The notes under the pieces were generated by a model that was given only the letters and a program-made list of their open reading frames with translations, did not search any database and had not been told where the DNA came from. This document shows, piece by piece, positions 53,860-61,983 of a stretch of DNA of 64,000 bases. This DNA is from an uncultured Syntrophobacterales bacterium (GTDB taxonomy: Bacteria > Desulfobacterota > Desulfobaccia > Desulfobaccales > 0-14-0-80-60-11), in contig CBFDAH010000001.1 of NCBI GenBank assembly GCA_965602785.1, forward strand, positions 633 through 64,632, written 5' to 3'. The stretch's first letter is position 1; every line of letters begins with the position of its first letter. A program made the position numbers and the translations under genes.

Positions 53860-55542
53860 ATGAGACCGGCGGGCGGGGAATTTATCCAGGAAGAGGCGCT
53901 GCTTAGGGGGGCGCGGCCCCGAGTCAAAGCGGTGCTCTTCCCCTTTGACCTGGACTATGGGTTGGGACCGGAGTCCGGGACCTTTGACTACACAGGCTAC
54001 GGGGGGGAACCGGGCCGCGTGGAGATGCAGGAGGGCTATTATACCTCCGGGTCCTGGACTTCCCCGGTAATGCAAACCTTCTCCCTCTGCCTGGACACCG
54101 TTATACCTTCCTGGGAGGATCTGGCCGGCTATCTCGAAGCCCAGGTGTATCTCAGGGGCGCCGCGGCGGCGGACCTGGTGGGGGAAGCGGCCTACACGCA
54201 GTTATCCCCGGGAAAAGAATTTCCCCTCTTTCCTTATTTTCAGGTACGGGTGGAATTCCACAGCACCTGCCGCAGTTGGACCGTGGACACACCGGAGGAG
54301 GCCGACGCCTTCACCGCCTTCGCGGTGGACTGGCCGGGAGAGGCAGGGTACGACAGCTTCACCGGGGACGGCATGTTTCCTGCTTATATCAGCGGGCTCC
54401 GCTGCGAAGGCCGCCTGACCATTCCAGAAAGTGAAATCCTGGACCCAGGAGAGGTGCGGGTGGAACTGGCCCGGGACTTCGAGGGCCTAAGGAGCGGCAG
54501 CCATATCCTCCGGGTGGACAACCGGGCGGCCCAGTGGGTGCCGGGAGGGGAAGATTTTTACTTCCTGGGGCTCCCCTGGGAGGAGAAGCGTCTGGCGCTG
54601 TACCACGGTTTCGAACTCCCCAACGGGCAGGTGGAATGGCTCCCTCTCTACCAGGGAGTCCTCTCCTTAGTAGGAGGCATGGCGGACGGCTGGCAGGAAC
54701 GCCATCGGGGAGAGGTTGAGACCCTGGACTGGATAACCCACCGCCTGAATCAGCGCCTGGGCGCCCCCACCCCAACCGGGGAACGCCAGCCCTTTATCCG
54801 GGGCTTCTACCGGGCCTCGGGAGAGCTGCTGGAGGTCATCCCGGCGGAGGTGACCCAGGCGGTGAAGACTGGGAGCGGCAGCGCCGTTCTGAAGGTCCTG
54901 GGGACCTATCGCGGCCAGGTGGACACTGACTTTGTGCTCGAAGCGGAGACCACCGGGGAAGTGGGGACGGCCACCTTCCGCTGGTCCACCAACGGGGGGC
55001 AAAGCTGGCAGAAAATAGGCCTTACCACCGCGGGGGCCGAGGACCCGGTGGAGCTCATGGAAGGCCTGGCGGTGTACTTTGAATCAGGGATCGGCACGGA
55101 TCTAGTGACCGGAGATCGCTTCACCTTCACGGCCCAGGCAGCAGTGTACCGCTATCGAGTGTATGGCGGGCCTTTTCAGGCCATTACCGCCATTTACCTG
55201 AACGGCGAGGAGACCTGGGAGGGCGTGGCAACGGACCCGGAGACCGGGGAGATCCTGGTCACCGGGGCGAGCGCCCAGGTGAGGGCCCGGGTGGTGAAGG
55301 ACGCCACCACCCACCCGGTGGACATCATGCGCGACCTTCTCACCGAGGTGGGTCTCGGCGAGGCCGTTCACTGGGATTCCTTTGATCTGGCTAAAAGCCT
55401 CACCCCGGAGTATGCCGTGGGGGTCTGCTTCGAGAATGTACCGGCCAACCAGGCCCTCCGGGAGATCCTGCGGCGCACCCTGTACGACCTGTGGGTGGAC
55501 TTCGGGGAAATCAAGATTAGGGCCTATCTGGGTGATGAATAA
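53860..55542 (+). CDS. phage tail protein (560 aa) carrying the shared 'FRWS' module
   Basis: Large beta-rich ORF in the tail region. Residues encoded by 54889-55137 are paralogous to 56525-56770 of the next large gene. Confidence 0.55.
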   Translation: MRPAGGEFIQEEALLRGARPRVKAVLFPFDLDYGLGPESGTFDYTGYGGEPGRVEMQEGYYTSGSWTSPVMQTFSLCLDTVIPSWEDLAGYLEAQVYLRGAAAADLVGEAAYTQLSPGKEFPLFPYFQVRVEFHSTCRSWTVDTPEEADAFTAFAVDWPGEAGYDSFTGDGMFPAYISGLRCEGRLTIPESEILDPGEVRVELARDFEGLRSGSHILRVDNRAAQWVPGGEDFYFLGLPWEEKRLALYHGFELPNGQVEWLPLYQGVLSLVGGMADGWQERHRGEVETLDWITHRLNQRLGAPTPTGERQPFIRGFYRASGELLEVIPAEVTQAVKTGSGSAVLKVLGTYRGQVDTDFVLEAETTGEVGTATFRWSTNGGQSWQKIGLTTAGAEDPVELMEGLAVYFESGIGTDLVTGDRFTFTAQAAVYRYRVYGGPFQAITAIYLNGEETWEGVATDPETGEILVTGASAQVRARVVKDATTHPVDIMRDLLTEVGLGEAVHWDSFDLAKSLTPEYAVGVCFENVPANQALREILRRTLYDLWVDFGEIKIRAYLGDE

Positions 55543-55559
55543 AATCCGGAAAAGGTTTT

Positions 55560-55602
55560 GAGGGGAGGGCCGGGGGAGCGCGGTTCCCTCGGCCCCCTCC
55601 TC
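55560..55602. repeat. single G/C-tract hairpin unit inside the phage cluster
   Basis: GAGGGGAGGGCCGGGGGAGCGCGGTTCCCTCGGCCCCCTCCTC. Confidence 0.75.
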
Positions 55603-55624
55603 AGAAAAAAGGGAGTGAGACGGC

Positions 55625-55888
55625 ATGTCACGCATTCAATGGGCCCGGGCGTCCCAGTTTAACTGGGTCTTCGACAACCTGGGGGGTACCCCCCTCATGG
55701 CGGCGGTGGCCGGGAAGGCCGCAGGGGCCACGGCCCTGGTGCAGCCGGACGGCACGCTGCGCCTGGAGAGCCCTAATCCGGGAGGGGGCCGGGTGGCCTT
55801 CCTCCGGGGGGTCTGGCGCCAGGAGACGAGCTTTGCCTGGGACGGCTTTTGGGCCGACCCTGTGGACGGGGACCTGACCGATTACTAA
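55625..55888 (+). CDS. 87-aa ORF; probably the detached N-terminus of the giant tail fibre gene (same frame, separated by one TAA)
   Basis: Same reading frame as 55964..59752. Only the TAA at 55886-55888 intervenes, and the 75 nt after it are stop-free. Confidence 0.5.
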   Translation: MSRIQWARASQFNWVFDNLGGTPLMAAVAGKAAGATALVQPDGTLRLESPNPGGGRVAFLRGVWRQETSFAWDGFWADPVDGDLTDY

Positions 55889-55963
55889 CTGGGGGGCTCC
55901 TTCAGCCACCAGGGGGAAGCCACCATTCTCACCCTGGGCACACCCCTGGCCGCGGGGACGCCG

Positions 55964-58900
55964 GTGCAGCTTTTCTATCTGTATGCCACCGGCGATACTG
56001 CCGCCAAATACGACCCTCTCAATAACTATCCCTGTATCCGCCAGGCCTATCGCGGGCGGGAAGACTACACCTACGACTTTGCGGTGGACCGGATGCTGGA
56101 CCTCATGGTCTACCTGCACCTGGCCGGCAGGGAGCGGGGGGAGGACTTCAGCCCCGCCTGCCAGTTCCTCTGGGAGGCGGTGGCAACCCGGGAAGCAAGC
56201 CATACCTCTCCCCTGGTGTACGACACCTTCGAACGGCAACTCTGGGAGCGGGGGGCCTATCTCCTCTACCGGGCCGATACCCGGGAGGGCGATTGCTTCC
56301 AGGCTTTTACCACCGAGTTGGCCCAGGGTGAGCCGGGGCGGGTCCTCCACGTGCGGGCGGACCTCCCGGCTCAAACGGACGGCGCCTGGTGGGGCTATGG
56401 CTTGAACTGGGCGCTCACCGAAGGCCCTTTTGCCGCCATTGACCGGGTGAGCCTGAAACTCCAGGGCAAGGGGTTGAGCCGGCGGCTCCACAATCTCACG
56501 AAATACGGCAGCGGCAGCGCCACTCTGATCTCTGCCGGGGACTATGCCCACCAGGAGCGCAGGTATTATGTGGTGGAGATGGAGACCGGTGGTGAGGTGG
56601 GGGAGGCCACCTTCCGCTGGTCCAAAGACGGCGGGGAGACCTGGGAGGCAACCGGGGTAATCACCGGGGACCGGGAGCACCCGGTGGACCTCTATGGAGA
56701 TGTGTCGGTTTACTGGGAAGGGGGGAGCGGGGCCGACTTTGCCATTGGGGATTACTGGACGTTCTGGGGCGGAGAGCCCGAGGAACACCCCCGCCGGCTG
56801 CTGGTCGTGCTGAACGATTCGATTCCCGGGGACCCGGACCCCGGCAGCTCGGACCACACCTTTGTCCACGCCATTCCGGACCGTTTTCCCGAACTCACCC
56901 CCTTCGAAATCCCCTTCAGCCAGTTCTGGCGACGGGACAACCTCATCGACGACGGGGACCGGTTGCGGGCCACCTGGGGCGCCTGGTACGCCGCCAGCCA
57001 GCAGGGAGAAAATTCCATTTTTATCAGCGACCGGGAGGAGACCGAGGTCATCTCCGGGGACACCTTTTACACCCTGCGCCAGGTGACCTGGGACCTGACG
57101 CCCTATGTGACGACCTTCGGCGCCTGGGTGGGTATCGACACCAACCGGTGCAATTCCTCCGGCCGCACTGACCTGAATTTCCTCATCAAACCGGTGGTCT
57201 CCGGGGCCAGCACCCTGACCCTGAGGGTCAAGGTGAAGGACGCCCAGGGATGTTATTTCTACCAGGACCAGGAAGTCACGGTAAACGCCTGGCAGCGGCT
57301 GACGGTGAACCTGGGGGAGATGCAACTGGAATCGGGTTCCACCCCCTTAACCCACCCCCTCCAGATAGTGGACATTGGCATCCCCGCATCTCCCCCCACC
57401 AACGGCACCTTTTATCTCACCGACCTCAAATTTGACCAGCACCAGACCTTCGCGGGGGCGGAGCGTCTTCGGCTTCTGGAGTTCAAGCTGGAGCAGCAAG
57501 GCATCCCGGACCACGAATGGTGGCTGGACGACGTGGGATTGAATCTGGAGGCGGAAGACCCCTATCCCCTGGTGCCCCGGCTGGCCATTTCTCTCGGACC
57601 CTACGGCCAGAACCCCTGGCGGGGGCCCACCATGGTGCACTACGCGCAGCCCCTGGCCCCTTACCTGATGGGGGCCCTGAACCTGAGCCAGACTTACGTG
57701 AGCCTGCACCGGGACGCCCAGGAAGAATTTCACCGGCGCTACGGGGGAGTGAAGGGGCCCATCCTGCCGGTGCACACCCGGAACGATCTGGAAAATATCG
57801 CGCTCTGCGGCGAGGAGAATTTCGGTACATTCTGCTGGTGGCCGCAGTACCGGGATTACGGCAAGCTGGTGGGCGCCTGGCCCTTCAACGACTCCCCCAC
57901 GGACGCCAGCGGCAAGGGTAACGACGCCTCCTGGGTGGGCACCCCCACGTACACCGCGGGGCTGTCCCAGCCGGGTAATACCTGCGCTGATTGTTCCGGC
58001 ACGCGCCACCTCACCGTGCCCGACGATGACACCCTGGACCTTATAGGCGACTTCACCTTCGAGGCCCTGGTGTATCCCACCAGCGACGGCGCCGGGGGCG
58101 GCATCCTGCACAAGGGGGCCACGGGCGCCTGGGGCGCATACGGCCTGGGGAGGACCGACGACAATAAATTTTCCCTCATCCTGAACGGCTCTGTCATTCT
58201 GACTTCCCCCAGCGCCTACCTCAAGGACAGCTGGTATCACGTGGCGGCCACGCGCCTCGGGAGCGACGTCAAACTTTTCGTCAACGGCTCCGAGGTGGCC
58301 AGTGTTACCTATGGCGACGCCCTTGGAGCAAACAACGACCAGCTCTATTTGGGTCTATGGTTCAGTTCCTCTTACCTGTTTCCGGGCTACCTTGATTTTG
58401 TCCGCATCTACGCCCGGGGCATGGAGGCGGACGAGGTCGCCGGCAGATGGCAAATTGCCCAGGGGACCAAAAACGGCAGCGCCTATCCGGAGGCGGGCCA
58501 TGGCCTGGGGCAATACTGGGCCTTTATGCGCCTGTCCCAATACTATTTCCTCAGCAACGACCCTGGGGCCCAGGAAATCCTGGAAAACTGGCTGGCCTGG
58601 CTGGATACCTGCGGGGCGCCGGAGGGGAATGGCTGGAAAGTTCCCCTCGGTTTTTCGGAATACGGCTTCACCTATGGCTCCTATGACCCGGGAGCTGCCG
58701 CCTCCCTGGCCCTGGGCTGTTTGTATACCTATCTCAGAGGCGGGCAGCCCGCCGCGGCCACCTGGGCCCGGCGCTTGTTAGACGACTTGCGGCTCAACCG
58801 CCAGTGCCAGGAGTATGGCGGGGGCTACAAAAGCGATTACCATTACGCCTGGCTCAACGCCCTGGTGATGCAGGCCTTCGGGATGGCGGCGCATGGCCTC

Positions 58901-59752
58901 ACCGGCCAGGCCCACCCCTTTCCCAGCCTGCCCGAGGACACCGCCCATTTCAACGCCCTGCTGGACTGGCTCTTCCAGCATGCCGGGGACGGAAAACCCA
59001 ATCTCCTCAATGCCGACCTCATTCCCTTCACCTATCTCGAGGCCGAGGACGTCTGGGACTATGCGCCTCACTATGTCTTCATGAGCCAGATGGGGTCTCT
59101 GGAGGGCTTGGTCCTCATGGTGGGCGCGGCCCTGGCCCATGGCAAGGGTACGGGTGACTGGACCTGGTTCGAGCGCCTCTGGCGCTTCGTGCTCCAGGAC
59201 AATCTGGTGTCCCTGGACGCCTCCCGCATCCGGAGCCTCAGCGCGGCCTATCATCTGGCGGGGGTGAAAAACCTGGTGCGAGTGTATTGGGCCGACTATG
59301 ACCAGGATAACTCAAGATACCTGGAAGCCCGGAACGACGGGGCGGTGACCGCCTGGGGGGAGGCGGCGGTGGACGTGGACCTGCGCTATAACGGGCCGGT
59401 GGTTCTGGAGAACCCGGCAGTGGCTCAGCTTCTGGCCGAGCGCCTGTTGAAGCGCCTCTCCTCCCCCTGGGAGGTGGTACGGCTCGACACCTGGCTCGAG
59501 GGGGCGCGCCTGGAGATCGGCGACACCCTGGCGGTGACCTCCCCCTTCCACGGGTTCACCAAGGAAGAATTTACACTTTTCGGCAAGACCCTGGACCTGA
59601 AACGGCAGCGGGTCACCCTGAATCTGGCCCGGCCCTTCGGTCTCACCTGGGCCTGGGCAGTGGACGCCCCGGGCAGCGACTATGACGCCTACGCCATTGA
59701 CCAGGCCAGCAAACTGGACGCCAACTGGAGTTATCGCGCCTACGCCGGTTAA
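55964..59752 (+). CDS. giant tail fibre / host-specificity protein with a LamG (concanavalin-like lectin) domain
   Basis: 1262 aa. The LamG-like region WPFNDSPTDASGKGNDASW...DFTFEALVYP...WYHVAATRLGSDVKLFVNGSEV...LYLG...GYLDFVRIY is followed by a helical repeat region. Confidence 0.7.
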   Translation: MQLFYLYATGDTAAKYDPLNNYPCIRQAYRGREDYTYDFAVDRMLDLMVYLHLAGRERGEDFSPACQFLWEAVATREASHTSPLVYDTFERQLWERGAYLLYRADTREGDCFQAFTTELAQGEPGRVLHVRADLPAQTDGAWWGYGLNWALTEGPFAAIDRVSLKLQGKGLSRRLHNLTKYGSGSATLISAGDYAHQERRYYVVEMETGGEVGEATFRWSKDGGETWEATGVITGDREHPVDLYGDVSVYWEGGSGADFAIGDYWTFWGGEPEEHPRRLLVVLNDSIPGDPDPGSSDHTFVHAIPDRFPELTPFEIPFSQFWRRDNLIDDGDRLRATWGAWYAASQQGENSIFISDREETEVISGDTFYTLRQVTWDLTPYVTTFGAWVGIDTNRCNSSGRTDLNFLIKPVVSGASTLTLRVKVKDAQGCYFYQDQEVTVNAWQRLTVNLGEMQLESGSTPLTHPLQIVDIGIPASPPTNGTFYLTDLKFDQHQTFAGAERLRLLEFKLEQQGIPDHEWWLDDVGLNLEAEDPYPLVPRLAISLGPYGQNPWRGPTMVHYAQPLAPYLMGALNLSQTYVSLHRDAQEEFHRRYGGVKGPILPVHTRNDLENIALCGEENFGTFCWWPQYRDYGKLVGAWPFNDSPTDASGKGNDASWVGTPTYTAGLSQPGNTCADCSGTRHLTVPDDDTLDLIGDFTFEALVYPTSDGAGGGILHKGATGAWGAYGLGRTDDNKFSLILNGSVILTSPSAYLKDSWYHVAATRLGSDVKLFVNGSEVASVTYGDALGANNDQLYLGLWFSSSYLFPGYLDFVRIYARGMEADEVAGRWQIAQGTKNGSAYPEAGHGLGQYWAFMRLSQYYFLSNDPGAQEILENWLAWLDTCGAPEGNGWKVPLGFSEYGFTYGSYDPGAAASLALGCLYTYLRGGQPAAATWARRLLDDLRLNRQCQEYGGGYKSDYHYAWLNALVMQAFGMAAHGLTGQAHPFPSLPEDTAHFNALLDWLFQHAGDGKPNLLNADLIPFTYLEAEDVWDYAPHYVFMSQMGSLEGLVLMVGAALAHGKGTGDWTWFERLWRFVLQDNLVSLDASRIRSLSAAYHLAGVKNLVRVYWADYDQDNSRYLEARNDGAVTAWGEAAVDVDLRYNGPVVLENPAVAQLLAERLLKRLSSPWEVVRLDTWLEGARLEIGDTLAVTSPFHGFTKEEFTLFGKTLDLKRQRVTLNLARPFGLTWAWAVDAPGSDYDAYAIDQASKLDANWSYRAYAG

Positions 59753-59888
59753 GGATGGCAAGGGCGGAGCCGTTATAAGGGCGGGTTTAACACCCGCTCT
59801 TTAAAAAACCATGGGTCAGAGGTCTCTTGGGACCAGGCCCATACAGTGACATTTTGTCAAAGAGATTTTCGAAAAGCGAGGTGGCGCC

Positions 59889-60857
59889 ATGTCTTTAATT
59901 CACCTGCCCCAGGCCAAGTGGGCCAGCGGCACCGGCCGCCAGGTCATCCTGAAGGGCGACTTCGACAAAATCGAGCAGGCGGTGGTGGAAACCTTCGAGC
60001 TGGCCCAGGGCCCCTCCCTGGAATACGTGAGTGCTTCCCAGGTCCAGGTCAACGCCACGGTGGACTGCAAGGCCCGGGTGATGCTCACGGGGTTACCCTC
60101 GCCCCTGCACCGGGGGGTTTTTGTGGACGGAGGCCTGTCCGACGGACGCTACCGGGAGAACGCCACTCCCGCCACTCTGGATGTGGCCAGTCCCGGCAGC
60201 CTCTGGGGCACGGAGAAGGCCAGCCAGTGGTATGCCGTCTATGCGGTGGCGGGCGCCGGGGACACCACCTTCAGCCTGAAAGGCATGCCGGTGATGCGGG
60301 TGTCCTCTCAGGCTACTCAGGTTATCACCCTCAGGAACAACCCCGACACCCTGGACATCGGCTACGGTTTCACCACCAACGAACTGGTGGACGGCAAAGT
60401 CCTGGTCCTTACCGGGGCCTCCCGGGGGCTCATGCGGGCCATTACCGCCAACAACAGCGATAACGCCACCGGGGGCACCATCACCTATGGGGGGAGCGCC
60501 CTCACCCTGGCCCAGGGAGACTGGTTGGTGGGGCTTCCCAAAACGAACTTCGGTTATTTGGGCATGATCCTGAATGACGCCAGCAGCGATCTGGCGCCGT
60601 TTTTCCAGGAGGGGAACGCTTACCGTTACCACACGCACCGGGACCTGGCCCAGGGGGCCATCAACGGCTTTACTGCCTATGACCTGGCCCTGACCGCGCC
60701 CCCCATGGCCCGGCGCCTCATGGGGTATGCCGCGGCCACGGACGGCTATGACCTCAAGCTGGCCGTCTCCTACGACGGCAGCAATGCGGCCTTGATTATC
60801 CATGCCCCCCCCCCCGGATATTGCCCTCCATGGGGTCAGGGGGGCCGTGCCCTTTGA
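59889..60857 (+). CDS. phage tail/fibre-associated protein; the reading frame probably continues to 60945 across a C11 run
   Basis: 322-aa ORF whose last 17 codons follow CCCCCCCCCCC (60805-60815). The +1 frame after the run encodes DIALHGVRGAVPFDCLAPSHQSLYLDNNNTANQVVRITGWEE-stop (60943-60945). Confidence 0.55.
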   Translation: MSLIHLPQAKWASGTGRQVILKGDFDKIEQAVVETFELAQGPSLEYVSASQVQVNATVDCKARVMLTGLPSPLHRGVFVDGGLSDGRYRENATPATLDVASPGSLWGTEKASQWYAVYAVAGAGDTTFSLKGMPVMRVSSQATQVITLRNNPDTLDIGYGFTTNELVDGKVLVLTGASRGLMRAITANNSDNATGGTITYGGSALTLAQGDWLVGLPKTNFGYLGMILNDASSDLAPFFQEGNAYRYHTHRDLAQGAINGFTAYDLALTAPPMARRLMGYAAATDGYDLKLAVSYDGSNAALIIHAPPPGYCPPWGQGGRAL

Positions 60858-60965
60858 TTGCCTGGCGCCGTCCCACCAAAGCCTTTACCTGGACAACAAC
60901 AACACCGCCAACCAGGTGGTGCGGATCACCGGCTGGGAGGAGTAGAAGGATAGGTTGGCACTGTT

Positions 60966-61009
60966 GGGGGGATGGGTCCAGGGACCACGAGCCCCTGCCC
61001 CTTTCCCCA
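60966..61009. repeat. degenerate G/C-tract hairpin unit
   Basis: GGGGGGATGGGTCCAGGGACCACGAGCCCCTGCCCCTTTCCCC. Confidence 0.65.
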
Positions 61010-61105
61010 CATACAATTCCCCCAACGTTGGCTGGAGGCATCCAACCGGGAGCTGGAGCGCAGTTTTCATCTCATCATCACAAACAACTAAAACGGATTG
61101 CAGCC

Positions 61106-61366
61106 ATGACTATATCACTCTTTCCCGCCGCCCTGATTCTCGTCTTCCTGGTGGGCCTCGTCGCCGGGGTTTACGGCGTGATGTTGTGGGGCAAGCTCTC
61201 CCGCATGGAAGGCAAGATGGACACCCTGAGGCAGAACTGCGATCAGCACCAGGAGGACAGCAACACTCGCTTTCTGCCCCGGCTGGAGCACGAAGTGGAG
61301 CACCAGGGTTTGTGGGAGGCTTTGCACCACCATGAACACGATTTTCAGGGTCGGGTGAGGCGGTAG
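61106..61366 (+). CDS. single-pass membrane coiled-coil protein (paralog of 48837..49100)
   Basis: In-frame ATG 61106 inside track ORF 60821..61366. MTISLFPAALILVFLVGLVAGVYGVMLWGKLSRMEGKMDTLRQNC...WEALHHHEHDFQGRVRR. Confidence 0.55.
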   Translation: MTISLFPAALILVFLVGLVAGVYGVMLWGKLSRMEGKMDTLRQNCDQHQEDSNTRFLPRLEHEVEHQGLWEALHHHEHDFQGRVRR

Positions 61367-61386
61367 AAATTAGCTGAACAGTCCTT

Positions 61387-61428
61387 GGGGAATGGGGTGA
61401 GGGCTCCAAGGCCCCTTGCCCCTCTCCC
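61387..61428. repeat. degenerate G/C-tract hairpin unit
   Basis: GGGGAATGGGGTGAGGGCTCCAAGGCCCCTTGCCCCTCTCCC. Confidence 0.65.
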
Positions 61429-61454
61429 GACCCCCGCTCAGGGAGGTAAGACAG

Positions 61455-61631
61455 ATGTACCGGTGTCCTTTTTGTGCTTCGATTATTACCCTGCTCAACA
61501 GGTTCGAGTTTGCCTGTCCGGTGTACCGGCAGCTCGTGGGAGTAATGGCGGACGGCCCCTTGCCCCGGCTGGTCCGGGCGGCGCCTGATTCCCGCCGAGC
61601 CTGGGCCACACAGTATCTCAAGGCCAACTAA
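61455..61631 (+). CDS. small hypothetical protein (58 aa, CPFC...C motif)
   Basis: In-frame ATG 61455 with a GGAGG RBS 8 nt upstream. Last ORF of the plus-strand block. Confidence 0.35.
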   Translation: MYRCPFCASIITLLNRFEFACPVYRQLVGVMADGPLPRLVRAAPDSRRAWATQYLKAN

Positions 61632-61632
61632 A

Positions 61633-61702
61633 GAAAAGCCAGTCCGCAGGGGGGCTGCGGTCCCGGGCCTGTATCACCGGGCTGGCTTTCTTCCTTTGTT
61701 CC
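61633..61702 (+). terminator. terminator-like compound hairpin at the end of the phage block
   Basis: AAAGCCAGTCC (61635-61645) pairs with GGGCTGGCTTT (61679-61689) around an inner GCAGGGGGGCTGC hairpin. Followed by the U-rich CTTCCTTTGTT. Confidence 0.4.
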
Positions 61703-61762
61703 CTTCCCTCCCTGACGGTTAAGGTCAATCTCTCTCCCCGGGGCTCAGGACGCAGCTCTTCC

Positions 61763-61900
61763 TAAGTACTTCGTTGCGAAAATCAGCGTAGGTAATTGCG
61801 AGCCTCCTTGAAGATCCGGAACGCATAAAGTCTCCCTTTAAAAAAGGGGGGAATAAAAACCGCTTTCAAAAAATCCGCTAACTTTCGCAATTAAGTACTA
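61763..61900. repeat. ~138 bp element bounded by 25-26 nt imperfect inverted repeats
   Basis: TAAGTACTTCGTTGCGAAAATCAGCG (61763-61788) against the reverse complement of CGCTAACTTTCGCAATTAAGTACTA (61876-61900): about 20 of 25 positions match. Confidence 0.6.
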
Positions 61901-61983
61901 GCCTCTCGCTCACGAGCCAGGAAATCTCAGACGGTCCCATCCCACCTTTCCCCTTAAATTGAGACTGTTGTGAAAGTATCTTG

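Larger units (their letters stand above)
41352..61631 (+). mobile_element. Mu-like head / tail-fibre structural gene cluster without transposition, integration, replication or endolysin genes (defective prophage or GTA-like locus)
   Basis: Contiguous plus-strand block of terminase, DUF935 portal, Mu I protease/scaffold, gpT capsid, DUF1320, DUF1834 and tail genes. The left edge is a divergent pair of small HTH genes; the right edge is a terminator-like hairpin. Confidence 0.75.

Noticed and set aside
60802-60945. Independent 47-aa ORF starting at ATG 60802 (MPPPPDIALHG...).
   Set aside because: Its first codons are the C-run itself and there is no RBS. The well-formed part reads more naturally as the displaced C-terminus of gene 59889..60857.
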